A DNA stretch of 64,000 nucleotides from an uncultured Gammaproteobacteria bacterium (GCA_964641355.1 CAZXND010000001.1:11869-75868), one strand, 5' to 3'; positions 40,548 through 49,844 are shown, counted from the stretch's first letter. The notes: a model not told the origin generated them from the letters alone. Numbers and translations are program-made.

Positions 40548-41822
40548 CTAAATCTTTTTTGGAGAAATTTTTTCAAATCCTGTATATTTTCTCAGAACCT
40601 CAGGAATTATGACAGTTCCATCTTCTTCTTGGTAGTTCTCAAGAATTGCAATCATTGTCCTTCCTACTGCAAACGCAGTTCCATTTAGAATATGGACAAA
40701 TTTTTTATTACCTTTATCATCGTATTTCGTGTTTAATCTTCTTGCTTGAAAATCGGTTGTTGTGGAAATTGAATGGGTTTCACGATATTTTTGTTGAGAC
40801 GGAATCCAAGTCTCTATATCAATAGTTTCGGCAGTTGGAAATGCGATATCCCCCGTTGCTAACTGGACAAGCTGGAAAGGAAGACCTAATTCTTTTAAGA
40901 GACTAGATGATATATCAAGCATTTTTTTTCTTTCTGATTCATCGTCTTCTTCTTTCACAAACTCAACCATTTCAACTTTGTCAAATTGATGAACACGAAA
41001 CATACCTCTTGTATCCTTACCGTACGTTCCTGCTTCACGACGAAAACAAGAAGAAAAGGCAACATATTTTTTCGGCAAATTACTAACTATTTCATCCATA
41101 TGCATGGGTACCAATGCATGCTCTCCTGTACCTATCAAGTAAAGAGGGTTATTGATTTTTTCTGTTTTGCTTATCTCTTCAAGGTCAGATACTAAATAGT
41201 AATTTTCATTTCCCCCACCCCTCCAATATCCAAGACCCTCGGTAATTCTTTGTTTTATAAGAACCGGGGGGAGGACGGGAGAAAATCCTTCACCAATAAG
41301 TTTTGACAAGGCAAAATTCACAAGGGCCAACTCTAAGATCACTCCTTCATTCTTTAGATAAATAAAACGAGAACCAGAAACTTTTGCAGCTCTACCAACA
41401 TCAATTATGTCAAGCAATTCTCCCAATTCTAAGTGATCCCGGACCTTAAAACTAAACTCTCTTGGCTCACCTTCTTTTCTAATTACTTTATTTTGAGATT
41501 CTCCTCCTACGGGAAGATGTGATAGTGGCAAGTTAGGTAGAGAAAGAAGAATTTCTTTTAGTTCTTTTTCATACTTTTTAAGCTCTTCCTCAAGACTTTT
41601 TAGCTCCTTCTTTATTTCTTGTCCGCGACTTATGGATTCGGGAGTTGCGTTTTTTGATATAGTGTTTCTTTCTTGTCTTAACTCTTCTACTCCCTTAAGG
41701 ATACTTCTCCATTTTTCATCTAAAAATAAAATCTTTTCAATGACTTCTGGATCTCCTCCTTTATTTTTTACTCCATTTCTAACTTCATCTGGACGTTCTC
41801 TAATAAGTTTTAGGTCTAACAT
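40548..41822 (-). CDS. serS: Seryl-tRNA synthetase
   Basis: N-terminal coiled coil plus class II core; SerRS length and motifs. Confidence 0.9.
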   Translation of the reverse strand: MLDLKLIRERPDEVRNGVKNKGGDPEVIEKILFLDEKWRSILKGVEELRQERNTISKNATPESISRGQEIKKELKSLEEELKKYEKELKEILLSLPNLPLSHLPVGGESQNKVIRKEGEPREFSFKVRDHLELGELLDIIDVGRAAKVSGSRFIYLKNEGVILELALVNFALSKLIGEGFSPVLPPVLIKQRITEGLGYWRGGGNENYYLVSDLEEISKTEKINNPLYLIGTGEHALVPMHMDEIVSNLPKKYVAFSSCFRREAGTYGKDTRGMFRVHQFDKVEMVEFVKEEDDESERKKMLDISSSLLKELGLPFQLVQLATGDIAFPTAETIDIETWIPSQQKYRETHSISTTTDFQARRLNTKYDDKGNKKFVHILNGTAFAVGRTMIAILENYQEEDGTVIIPEVLRKYTGFEKISPKKI

Positions 41823-41826
41823 TTTT

Positions 41827-42438
41827 TTACTTTAACTCCTTTTTAAGAATTAATTTTAATTTTTGCATAGCTTTATATCTGTGATTATACAACTTTTCCT
41901 CTTGTGGATTTAACTCACTTTCATGATAATATTTTTTAATCTCTGGTATATAAAAGAAAGATCTATATGGATAACCTTTTAACAGTTTCATAAAAGGCTT
42001 TTCCGCAATCACTCCCCTAATCTCTCCCTTTTCTTGAAAATATCTTCCATCGGGAAAAGCCAGAGTTATAACTGTCTTAAAAGAAGCACTACGATTATTA
42101 CTAGGGAGCTCTCTTGATACTTTTATCATATAATCTATTAATTCTTCGTCGCTAGATTCGTATCCCAACCATCTTCGACTCCTTATTCCAGGAGCACCGT
42201 CTAAAGCATCTATCTCAAGACCTCCATCGTCTGAAATGACGGGCATTTTAGAGGCTTTTGTATAATACAAAGCTTTTTTTAGAGAATTTTCTGCATAGGT
42301 ATTTCCATCTTCATCTACATCATCCATTATCCCGACATCTTTTAAAGAAAATAATTCAATTTCTGGCATATCAGAAAGAAAAAGTACAAATTCATGAAAT
42401 TTACCAACATTCTTTGTAGCAATTAACAATTTTTTCAT
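41827..42438 (-). CDS. rdgB: Non-canonical purine NTP pyrophosphatase (Ham1/RdgB)
   Basis: IATKNVGKFHEF (ATxNxGKxxE) motif. Confidence 0.8.
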   Translation of the reverse strand: MKKLLIATKNVGKFHEFVLFLSDMPEIELFSLKDVGIMDDVDEDGNTYAENSLKKALYYTKASKMPVISDDGGLEIDALDGAPGIRSRRWLGYESSDEELIDYMIKVSRELPSNNRSASFKTVITLAFPDGRYFQEKGEIRGVIAEKPFMKLLKGYPYRSFFYIPEIKKYYHESELNPQEEKLYNHRYKAMQKLKLILKKELK

Positions 42439-43953
42439 TTATACCTCTTCAAATCTTTTAATTACAAAATCTCTACTTAGTGAAAGAATTAACCAAGCAG
42501 CTTTTGGACCATGGTCTTTTCCAATAAGACTCGTATAAATAGCTGAATATGCATCTTTGGATAGTAAATCAAGTTCTTTTGCCCAAGTGTACATATTCGT
42601 TTGAAAATCTTCAGCATTCCAATCCTTATTTAATTCATTTGCAATTCTTCTGAGAAATTTTTTTTGCTGTTCACTCAAATTCGAAACATTCTCCGATAGC
42701 TCCTGTTGCACCATAAATTTGTCCTTTTCAGAAGCATATTTTTCCAACCATATTTTTGCATATTTGCCCCATTCTTCAGCACCAACTTTGTTAATTTCCT
42801 TTTCCATATTAGGCATTTGCACCCATTGTGAAATTGTTGAAAATCTAACATTAGGAGGAATCTTGATCTCACCCACTTGAGAAAGCTCGAATTCTCTTGC
42901 AAAATCGTCCCCTTTTTTCGAAAAATAAGCCTCTGCGGCTTTCTGATACTCATCAAAAAGTTTAGGAATAGTTTCTCCTTCGGGATCAAAATTTATAGCC
43001 TGGTTTATTTTAGTTTTCACCATAAGAAAACGTAGAATTTCAGGAGGAAGAATATCAAGCATTTCGCTCGCTGAGGAGCCTCTTCCTTTGGATGAAGACA
43101 TTTTCTTACCTCCAACCAAAAAAAACTCGTAAGCAACCGGTTGTGGTACTGGATAACTTATCACTCTTTCACAAATCAAACTCGCTAAATCGTGTGATCC
43201 TCCCTTACTCATGTGGTCCTTACCAGCCCCCTCGACGGTAACACCAATAACCTTCCACTTAGCCGGCCATTCAACTTTCCAAGGTAACTTTCCTGAAATG
43301 TTACCATCAGAGCTAAAGGGAGATATTCTTCCCTCATGGCCACAACCCTTCACCCAATTTAAACCGTCAATTTTACAAATATATGAAACTTTTTCGCCAT
43401 CCCAAGCATTCACTTTTGTAGTTGAAACCTTGTCACAATTTTCACAATAAACCTGAAACGGAAACCAATCAGAAGGAATTTCTTTTTTATATAACTCCGA
43501 ATAGATTTTTCTTATCTCACTTACTTTATCAAGACATTCACGGATCACATCGTTCATTCTTCCACTTCCATAAAGATCTGTTGACCAAATAATCTCAGGC
43601 TCACAGTCTAGTGCATTAAAAACTTTTTTGAAATCAAGAGCAAAATATTCAGCATAATTTTTAAACCCAGGTTGTGGAGATGGAACTTTATAAAGAGGCA
43701 CTCCTAGATATTTATCAAACTCTTTTGGAAGATAAACTGGTAAATCATCCATGGGATCATGATCGTCAAAAACATAGGTATACTTAGCATTTATTCCAGC
43801 ATTTTTTAGCGATTTATATATCAGATCGTGAATAACCACTCCGCGTAGAGAACCAACATGAATCCTTCCTGAAGGAGTTTTCATGTCGTCCACCCATTCT
43901 AAGGGGAGATTTCTTTCCTTTAATTTTTGAGCAACTTGGTCAGACCAATACAT
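42439..43953 (-). CDS. lysK: Class I lysyl-tRNA synthetase (archaeal type)
   Basis: TPSGRIHVGSLRG (HIGH region), FDDHDPMDDLP and KMSSSKG (KMSKS) motifs; about 500 aa. Confidence 0.8.
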   Translation of the reverse strand: MYWSDQVAQKLKERNLPLEWVDDMKTPSGRIHVGSLRGVVIHDLIYKSLKNAGINAKYTYVFDDHDPMDDLPVYLPKEFDKYLGVPLYKVPSPQPGFKNYAEYFALDFKKVFNALDCEPEIIWSTDLYGSGRMNDVIRECLDKVSEIRKIYSELYKKEIPSDWFPFQVYCENCDKVSTTKVNAWDGEKVSYICKIDGLNWVKGCGHEGRISPFSSDGNISGKLPWKVEWPAKWKVIGVTVEGAGKDHMSKGGSHDLASLICERVISYPVPQPVAYEFFLVGGKKMSSSKGRGSSASEMLDILPPEILRFLMVKTKINQAINFDPEGETIPKLFDEYQKAAEAYFSKKGDDFAREFELSQVGEIKIPPNVRFSTISQWVQMPNMEKEINKVGAEEWGKYAKIWLEKYASEKDKFMVQQELSENVSNLSEQQKKFLRRIANELNKDWNAEDFQTNMYTWAKELDLLSKDAYSAIYTSLIGKDHGPKAAWLILSLSRDFVIKRFEEV

Positions 43954-43958
43954 AACCT

Positions 43959-45068
43959 TTACTCATTATACAATCGAATTATGTCTTTATATACCTGCTC
44001 AGTTTTTTCTAATGAATTAAGATCAAGCCACTCCTCTTTTGTGTGACCTCCTCCACCAATGGGTCCCAAACTTATCACTGGAATATTTAAACGATTAGCA
44101 AAAATATTTTCGTCTGCAACAGAAGAAGCATAAGTTGGTTTTACTTTATTTTTATCAAAAATTTCTTTTTCCAAAATTTTTAGAAATTTATTGTCCCTAT
44201 TTATCTCATAAGATTCACCGTATGGCGTATCTCTTTCTACAGGACGGCAATTTACTTCAATATTATTTTCTTTTGCGGTTGATAGAATTTTTTCTTTTAC
44301 AGATTCACTTGTTATTCCCGGTGTTGTTAAAACTGAAAAAGTAATAACACACTTATCAGGCGTTGAAAAAGATGTAGTGTCAGAATGAATAGACTGTAGT
44401 ACAATTTTTACACTATCTAAAAATTCATGCTTTGGGAAATTTATACTTGATAAGATTTTGATAAACCTTGCAGCCTCATTAATAGCATTTACTCCTTTTT
44501 CTTCTTCTGCAGCATGTGCTTTTTTTCCAGTTACCGTAGCTTGGAAAAGTATTCTTCCTTTTCTTCCATAGCAAACATTAAAAGGCTGATTTAAGTCTTT
44601 TATTTGGCCGCTTTCTCCAGAAATAAGGAAATTAATATTGTTTAAAATCCCTGAGTCGACTAAGTCGTGCGCCCCTCGAGATATCTGTTCCTCATCAACA
44701 CCAAAAATAAGTTGTAAGGGATATTTATTTTCTACAGCAAACTCTGCGGCCTTAAGAATAGCAGCAATTGCACCTTTCATATCTTCAACTCCCAATCCGT
44801 ATGCCTTTTTTCCATCTATTTCTAGTTTTAAAGGGTCGCGCTCACTTTTCTCATCCATATGTACAGTATCCATGTGACCATAAAAGGATAGGTAACTAGA
44901 GGATTTACCAAAACGAGCAACTATATTACTCCTATTTCCTTGAGTTAATACCTTCTCAACTTTAAAACCAATTGAAATTAAATGTTCAGAAATAAATCTA
45001 GAAATTTTTTCTTCTGAAGATGTTGAATCGATGTCGATCAATTTTTTTATTAATTCTATTGTTTTCAT
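43959..45068 (-). CDS. M20-family metallopeptidase/deacylase (ArgE/DapE-like)
   Basis: YGHMDTVH, GVEDMKGAIAA, GGGHTKEE motifs. Confidence 0.8.
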   Translation of the reverse strand: MKTIELIKKLIDIDSTSSEEKISRFISEHLISIGFKVEKVLTQGNRSNIVARFGKSSSYLSFYGHMDTVHMDEKSERDPLKLEIDGKKAYGLGVEDMKGAIAAILKAAEFAVENKYPLQLIFGVDEEQISRGAHDLVDSGILNNINFLISGESGQIKDLNQPFNVCYGRKGRILFQATVTGKKAHAAEEEKGVNAINEAARFIKILSSINFPKHEFLDSVKIVLQSIHSDTTSFSTPDKCVITFSVLTTPGITSESVKEKILSTAKENNIEVNCRPVERDTPYGESYEINRDNKFLKILEKEIFDKNKVKPTYASSVADENIFANRLNIPVISLGPIGGGGHTKEEWLDLNSLEKTEQVYKDIIRLYNE

Positions 45069-46477
45069 TATGGGCGAAACCTAACCTTTCTTTTTTCCAT
45101 TTCTTTTACTATCTCGTTGCATCGCTCTTCGCTCTTTCCCATAATAAGCACCTTAAAGTTAGGAGATGGAATGATGTTTTTTCTCGTAACTAACGTTCTA
45201 AATGCTTGAGGAATAACTAAGCCTTGTTCTATGTTACCATATGCCAAATCTTCTCCTATAACTTCTACGTAATCCGAAATTGTTTGTATTGGTTTATCAG
45301 TATATACGTTTGTATTTATCCAATTCTCCGCTCCTAATTTTGTAGCGACAATATATGGAGGAGTATTTGCTGTAGGGCGAGAGTTGAGTTCTACCACGTA
45401 CACAGACTCTTTCCCTTGATCATCCCTTATAAGAAACCAGTCTACGCCTTGTACACCGAAATACTCATTAGATTCTGTACTATAATTTGCAACTTTCTGA
45501 ACTTGATCATCAACTAAAAGTTTTGAGCCGTTTTTTGGCCGAAAGGGGCGATTCCCAAGATATTCACCTTCGTCAGTAGTAATTTGATCGAAATAACCAA
45601 TGATTTCTGGCATTCCCGATCTGCTCGTAATAAACTGAGTACTACCATTTATAACAACTTCTCCCAAGTTTCTCGCATCACTCTCTATAACTATTCCAAA
45701 ACCGAGAGGTGAAAATGAGTCCCTTGGCCAAAGTTCTTCAATTTTTCTACCAAAAGATCCTTTAAATAGGGCTCTTTCTATCGAACTTCGAATCTCCGAT
45801 ATCCCACTTAAAACTTCATCTGTAGTAACAAAAGGAATACGCTTTACTAAATCCCCCCCCGATCCAGTAGGAAATTTAAGCCAGACTCCATATTCTGTGC
45901 TTGAAAACTGTTGAACTAGTGTTTCCACATCTTCTAGAGATCGCATAGTGGCTCCTGGAAGCATTTGAAATCCAAACCTAACTGCAGACTCTCTTAACTC
46001 TTCTTTATTATTAGTTATCGCACTATCCCTTCGATTAATCGTTTCTATGTTTAGTGCTCTCTGTTGTCTACTTACTCCATCGTTAGAAAAAGTAGGTACT
46101 AAATACATGGGGTTGTCTGAATTTTCAATTTTCACCCTTCCCGATAAGGATTCGAGAGGATCTGTTGCGGGATATCCATAAGTAACCTCCCCGTTTAGAT
46201 CAGGTTCAACTTCAATTATGTGCGAATCTTGAGGAATTAAACCATGTCGAGAATAATACTCATATAATCCTTCTATGAGGTTGTTGCAAATAACCGTTTC
46301 ACCGCTGCTTATTGCTGGTACCGCAGTGTTTCTTAGATACCAATCTCCATCGGGAAATGGTAAAGCTAACTTATGGTCAGGGTTAACATAATTTAAAGTC
46401 ACGAATGGCTCGCCCTCCAAATTGTTACTTCTTAGGGCAGTGTGACCTAATGAAACTCCACTTTCAACTTTTGTCAT
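45068..46477 (-). CDS. ATP-grasp domain enzyme (carboxylate-amine ligase-like), 469 aa
   Basis: VWLKFPTGSGGDLVKR and VVELNSRP ATP-grasp-like motifs; composition differs from flanking genes. Confidence 0.5.
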   Translation of the reverse strand: MTKVESGVSLGHTALRSNNLEGEPFVTLNYVNPDHKLALPFPDGDWYLRNTAVPAISSGETVICNNLIEGLYEYYSRHGLIPQDSHIIEVEPDLNGEVTYGYPATDPLESLSGRVKIENSDNPMYLVPTFSNDGVSRQQRALNIETINRRDSAITNNKEELRESAVRFGFQMLPGATMRSLEDVETLVQQFSSTEYGVWLKFPTGSGGDLVKRIPFVTTDEVLSGISEIRSSIERALFKGSFGRKIEELWPRDSFSPLGFGIVIESDARNLGEVVINGSTQFITSRSGMPEIIGYFDQITTDEGEYLGNRPFRPKNGSKLLVDDQVQKVANYSTESNEYFGVQGVDWFLIRDDQGKESVYVVELNSRPTANTPPYIVATKLGAENWINTNVYTDKPIQTISDYVEVIGEDLAYGNIEQGLVIPQAFRTLVTRKNIIPSPNFKVLIMGKSEERCNEIVKEMEKRKVRFRP

Positions 46478-46624
46478 AAAAATAAAAAAACCCCTATTTT
46501 GGGGCTATATTTTGACACCAAAAAAGCCCTCTAATTAAAGAGTGTGCTTCTTGGATTTTACAGAATTAAAATTCAATATCATTTTTCAGATATTAGCATG
46601 TATATTATACCTTGTCAAATTAAG

Positions 46625-48133
46625 TTATCTATCTTTTACGGGAGGGAAAAGTATTATATCGCGGATGTGAGGCGTATTAGTAAGAATCATGGCCATTCTA
46701 TCAATGGATATCCCTATTCCAGCCATTGGGGGAAATCCATATTCCATAGCTGTTAAAAAGTCTTCGTCTACTTCCATTGCCTCTTTATCTCCTTCAAGTT
46801 TTCTTTGTCTTTGATCTTCAAACCTAGCTCGTTGATCTCTAGGATCATTCAATTCTGAATAGCAATTCATGACCTCGAATCCACCAATATAACATTCGAA
46901 TCTTTCAACTAAATTAGGATTATTTCTGTGCCTTTTTGTTAGAGGACTTGTTTCATGAGGATAGTCCATTACAAAAGTTGGCTGAGTAAATTTACCATCG
47001 TAATACTCTTCAAAAAGAGCAAGTAAAAGATCTCCTCTTTGCTGGCTATGTTTTGGATTTATATTTAGACCATCGGCTATTTTGTATAAATCCTTATCGA
47101 TTACTGTTTCTGGATCAAAACCATAAGCCTCTTTTAGACCTTCATAGATTGTCACTCTCTTCCAAGGAGCTTTAAAATCAATAACGTGTCCATTATATTC
47201 AACTTGCGTTGTTCCATGTATGTCTTGTGCTACTCTCTCAAAGATTGTTTCTGCCATCTCAAGCATTTCTAAATAATCTGAGTAAGGTTTATAAAGTTCT
47301 ACAGCGGTAAATTCAGGATTATGTGTCCTATCCATTCCTTCATTTCTAAAGTTTCTGGAAAATTCAAATACCGGTCCCATATTCCCACAAACAAGGCGTT
47401 TTAGATAAAGCTCATTTGCTAATCTTAAATACATGTCTTGATCTAAGGCATTAAAATGGGTAATAAATGGTTTTGCGTTTGCGCCTCCGTAAGTATTATC
47501 AAGAACTGGAGTCTCCACTTCTAAAAATCCGTACCCCAAGAACTCATCTCTCATTATTTGAGTCATTCTAGCTCTTGTTCTAAATCTTTCACGAGCGTTT
47601 GGATTTGTCATAAGTTCAAGATATCTTTGCCTCCTTGCAAGCTCGGGATCTTCAACTCCTCCTCTTCTAATTAAAGGTGGCGGAAGCAAAGCTTTAGCAA
47701 GCATTGTCAATTCTTGTGCTTTTATTGTTATTTCACCGGTTTTAGTTCTAAAAACCTCTCCTTGAGCATTCACAAAATCACCGGTATCGTAGTTATCGGC
47801 TATTAGAATAAATTTCTCGTCTTCTGGCCCGTTTTTCTTAAGATAAACCTGAACTTTTCCCGTAGTATCTTCTACATCGTAAAAAATAGATTTTCCCATC
47901 TCTCTTCGACCTACGATTCGACCAACCACACTTACCCTTCTTTCTTCTAGTGAATCAAACTCCGATGCTATTGCTCCGGCTGTGTGAGTTATCAAAGGAG
48001 GTTCAACGGGATATGCATTTATTCCAGCAGCTTCGAGATTTTGAAGGTGGTTAAGTCTTGAATTTCTACCAGTATTTCTCTCTTGTTGTATGGGTGAATC
48101 TTGTGGCTGAGGCGGCCCTTCTTTCCTTATCAT
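46625..48133 (-). CDS. lysS: Class II lysyl-tRNA synthetase (full length, with N-terminal anticodon-binding OB domain)
   Basis: RLNHLQNLEAAGINAYP, VSVVGRIVGRREMGK, FRNEGMDRTHNPEFTAVE (motif 2); about 500 aa. Confidence 0.9.
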   Translation of the reverse strand: MIRKEGPPQPQDSPIQQERNTGRNSRLNHLQNLEAAGINAYPVEPPLITHTAGAIASEFDSLEERRVSVVGRIVGRREMGKSIFYDVEDTTGKVQVYLKKNGPEDEKFILIADNYDTGDFVNAQGEVFRTKTGEITIKAQELTMLAKALLPPPLIRRGGVEDPELARRQRYLELMTNPNARERFRTRARMTQIMRDEFLGYGFLEVETPVLDNTYGGANAKPFITHFNALDQDMYLRLANELYLKRLVCGNMGPVFEFSRNFRNEGMDRTHNPEFTAVELYKPYSDYLEMLEMAETIFERVAQDIHGTTQVEYNGHVIDFKAPWKRVTIYEGLKEAYGFDPETVIDKDLYKIADGLNINPKHSQQRGDLLLALFEEYYDGKFTQPTFVMDYPHETSPLTKRHRNNPNLVERFECYIGGFEVMNCYSELNDPRDQRARFEDQRQRKLEGDKEAMEVDEDFLTAMEYGFPPMAGIGISIDRMAMILTNTPHIRDIILFPPVKDR

Positions 48134-48135
48134 TT

Positions 48136-48759
48136 TTACTTGAAAGCAACAAGTACCAATTCACCATCGAGTACTCTTTTTGTATATACGTTGCCCTCTG
48201 TAGAATCTAAGTCTTCCGGGTTATAAAAAGAATGTTGACCATTAATCACTACGTTTCCTTCAGGTGTAGCTTGTAGATTAAACCTCTGTTGAGTCCCTAA
48301 AACTACAACAGAAGAATCCGGTGGCAATACTTTTCCAAAATCCATATTTAAAGCTTCAAGAAGACTTGCTGGTCTAAGGTTTTCCGGAAGGTCTTCTGCA
48401 AACTCTTCTGGTGTTTTTCTTCCAGTTGCCTCAACAACTTTTACCCAAGAAGGGGATGGCAGCCAATAAGGAGAGTTCTCAGGAAATCTATAAACACCAC
48501 TACCAACATCTACTCCCTGAAGTTTTATCTGATCAGAGATAGGAACCAATGGATCAACGATAACAAGACTCGCTCCATCTGATAAGTGCGGGGATCTTAT
48601 TGCTTCTGAAATCGCAGGGCCGAATCGATCTATATAATCACCAAGGGACATACCTAATGAAGAATGATACCCAATAAGAGTTTTTCTATCTATTTGCGCT
48701 TCGCAGAGTGCGCGCACTTGTATTGCTGAGTCAGTTGGTGTTAAAGATTCTCCAGTCAT
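48136..48759 (-). CDS. Hypothetical soluble protein translationally coupled to lysS
   Basis: ORF stop lies 2 nt before the lysS start; no recognisable domain; GC-richer composition. Confidence 0.4.
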   Translation of the reverse strand: MTGESLTPTDSAIQVRALCEAQIDRKTLIGYHSSLGMSLGDYIDRFGPAISEAIRSPHLSDGASLVIVDPLVPISDQIKLQGVDVGSGVYRFPENSPYWLPSPSWVKVVEATGRKTPEEFAEDLPENLRPASLLEALNMDFGKVLPPDSSVVVLGTQQRFNLQATPEGNVVINGQHSFYNPEDLDSTEGNVYTKRVLDGELVLVAFK

Positions 48760-48844
48760 AAGTCATATATAGCTACTTAAATTAAGTAAAATACTCGTTT
48801 TGCTGGGATTTTAGCACTCGAAACATATGTTGTCAAATAATAGT

Positions 48845-49822
48845 TTACTCTCTAACTACTGTTGTTCCTCTGAATGTTGGATTAAAAGTATTTTTGACCC
48901 TCAAGACAATTTCAGTACCAAATAAGGGCTCGAGCGTTCTGTAGTGCAATACCTTAGCACCGTTTTTAGCCATTCTATCAGCTTCAATATAGGTTAATCT
49001 GTCAATAATATGCGCATTAGAATTATATCGTGGATCAGAAGTAAATACACCATCAACATCTGTCCATATCCATACTTCTTTTGCCCCCAACAGTCTTCCA
49101 ATAAATGATGCTGAAAAATCAGATCCTCCCCTGCCTAAAGTTGTAACTCTTCCGTCCTGAGTCGATCCTAAAAATCCAGTTATTACTGGCGTGACTCCTT
49201 TTCTCAATAGTGGATTAACTATTTGCTCAGCTTTTTCTTCACTCAATAGAACATCTGGTTTAGCTTCTCCAAATAAGTTGTCAGTCTTTATTATTTCCGA
49301 TGATGAAACAACTTCTGACCTAATTCCCTCCTGATTAAGCTTAGCGCTTATAAGTCTTACACTCATCCTTTCACCATACGAAAGAATCCTGTCCTTTTTT
49401 TCTGCATCTGATAATCCAATGGAATTAATATCTCTTCTTAAACCAATGAATAGTTCTCTTAACTCGTTGACAAGAGACGTTCTTATTTGTAAGGAAAGTT
49501 TCAATTGGCTGGCCGCAGTTAAATGAATATCAAATATAGTCCTTAACTCTCTGTCTTTTCTAGAAATATCCCCTATATCGGCGTCACAAATTGCTACTAA
49601 ACGGTTTGTAATACCTGACATTGCTGAAGCAACAACTACTACAGCTTGCCCATCTTTGACATGAGATTTTACAATTTGACTAACTCTTTCTATTTGGGAA
49701 CCTCCTCCTACTGATGTCCCACCAAATTTCATCACATAAATGCTTCTATTTTTTTCTACCTCATTTTTTCGTAAACCTTCTAAACAATTGTGCCCGTTCT
49801 CAATTTTTCCCATTTTTGCCAA
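48845..49822 (-). CDS. Aspartokinase catalytic core lacking C-terminal ACT domains (true start probably at the internal MKFGGTSV)
   Basis: VMKFGGTSVGG and TTLGRGGSDFSA amino-acid-kinase motifs; only about 295-325 aa. Confidence 0.7.
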   Translation of the reverse strand: MAKMGKIENGHNCLEGLRKNEVEKNRSIYVMKFGGTSVGGGSQIERVSQIVKSHVKDGQAVVVVASAMSGITNRLVAICDADIGDISRKDRELRTIFDIHLTAASQLKLSLQIRTSLVNELRELFIGLRRDINSIGLSDAEKKDRILSYGERMSVRLISAKLNQEGIRSEVVSSSEIIKTDNLFGEAKPDVLLSEEKAEQIVNPLLRKGVTPVITGFLGSTQDGRVTTLGRGGSDFSASFIGRLLGAKEVWIWTDVDGVFTSDPRYNSNAHIIDRLTYIEADRMAKNGAKVLHYRTLEPLFGTEIVLRVKNTFNPTFRGTTVVRE

Positions 49823-49823
49823 T

Positions 49824-49844
49824 AAAAAACCCCTCCTTGAGGGG
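49824..49844 (-). terminator. Intrinsic terminator (second of a tandem pair downstream of greA)
   Basis: Minus strand reads CCCCTCAAGGAGGGG hairpin followed by TTTTTT. Confidence 0.7.

Noticed and set aside
46488-46512. Hairpin (CCCC-aaaata-GGGG plus T-tract on the minus strand) between lysS and the ATP-grasp gene, as a terminator
   Set aside because: The stem is only 4 bp, so it is too weak to call. It may still reduce read-through.
45068-48133. Pyrrolysine-like system (ATP-grasp as PylC, plus an extra class II synthetase)
   Set aside because: No radical-SAM PylB or PylD dehydrogenase is present. The synthetase has the canonical LysRS anticodon-binding domain and motifs, not those of PylS.
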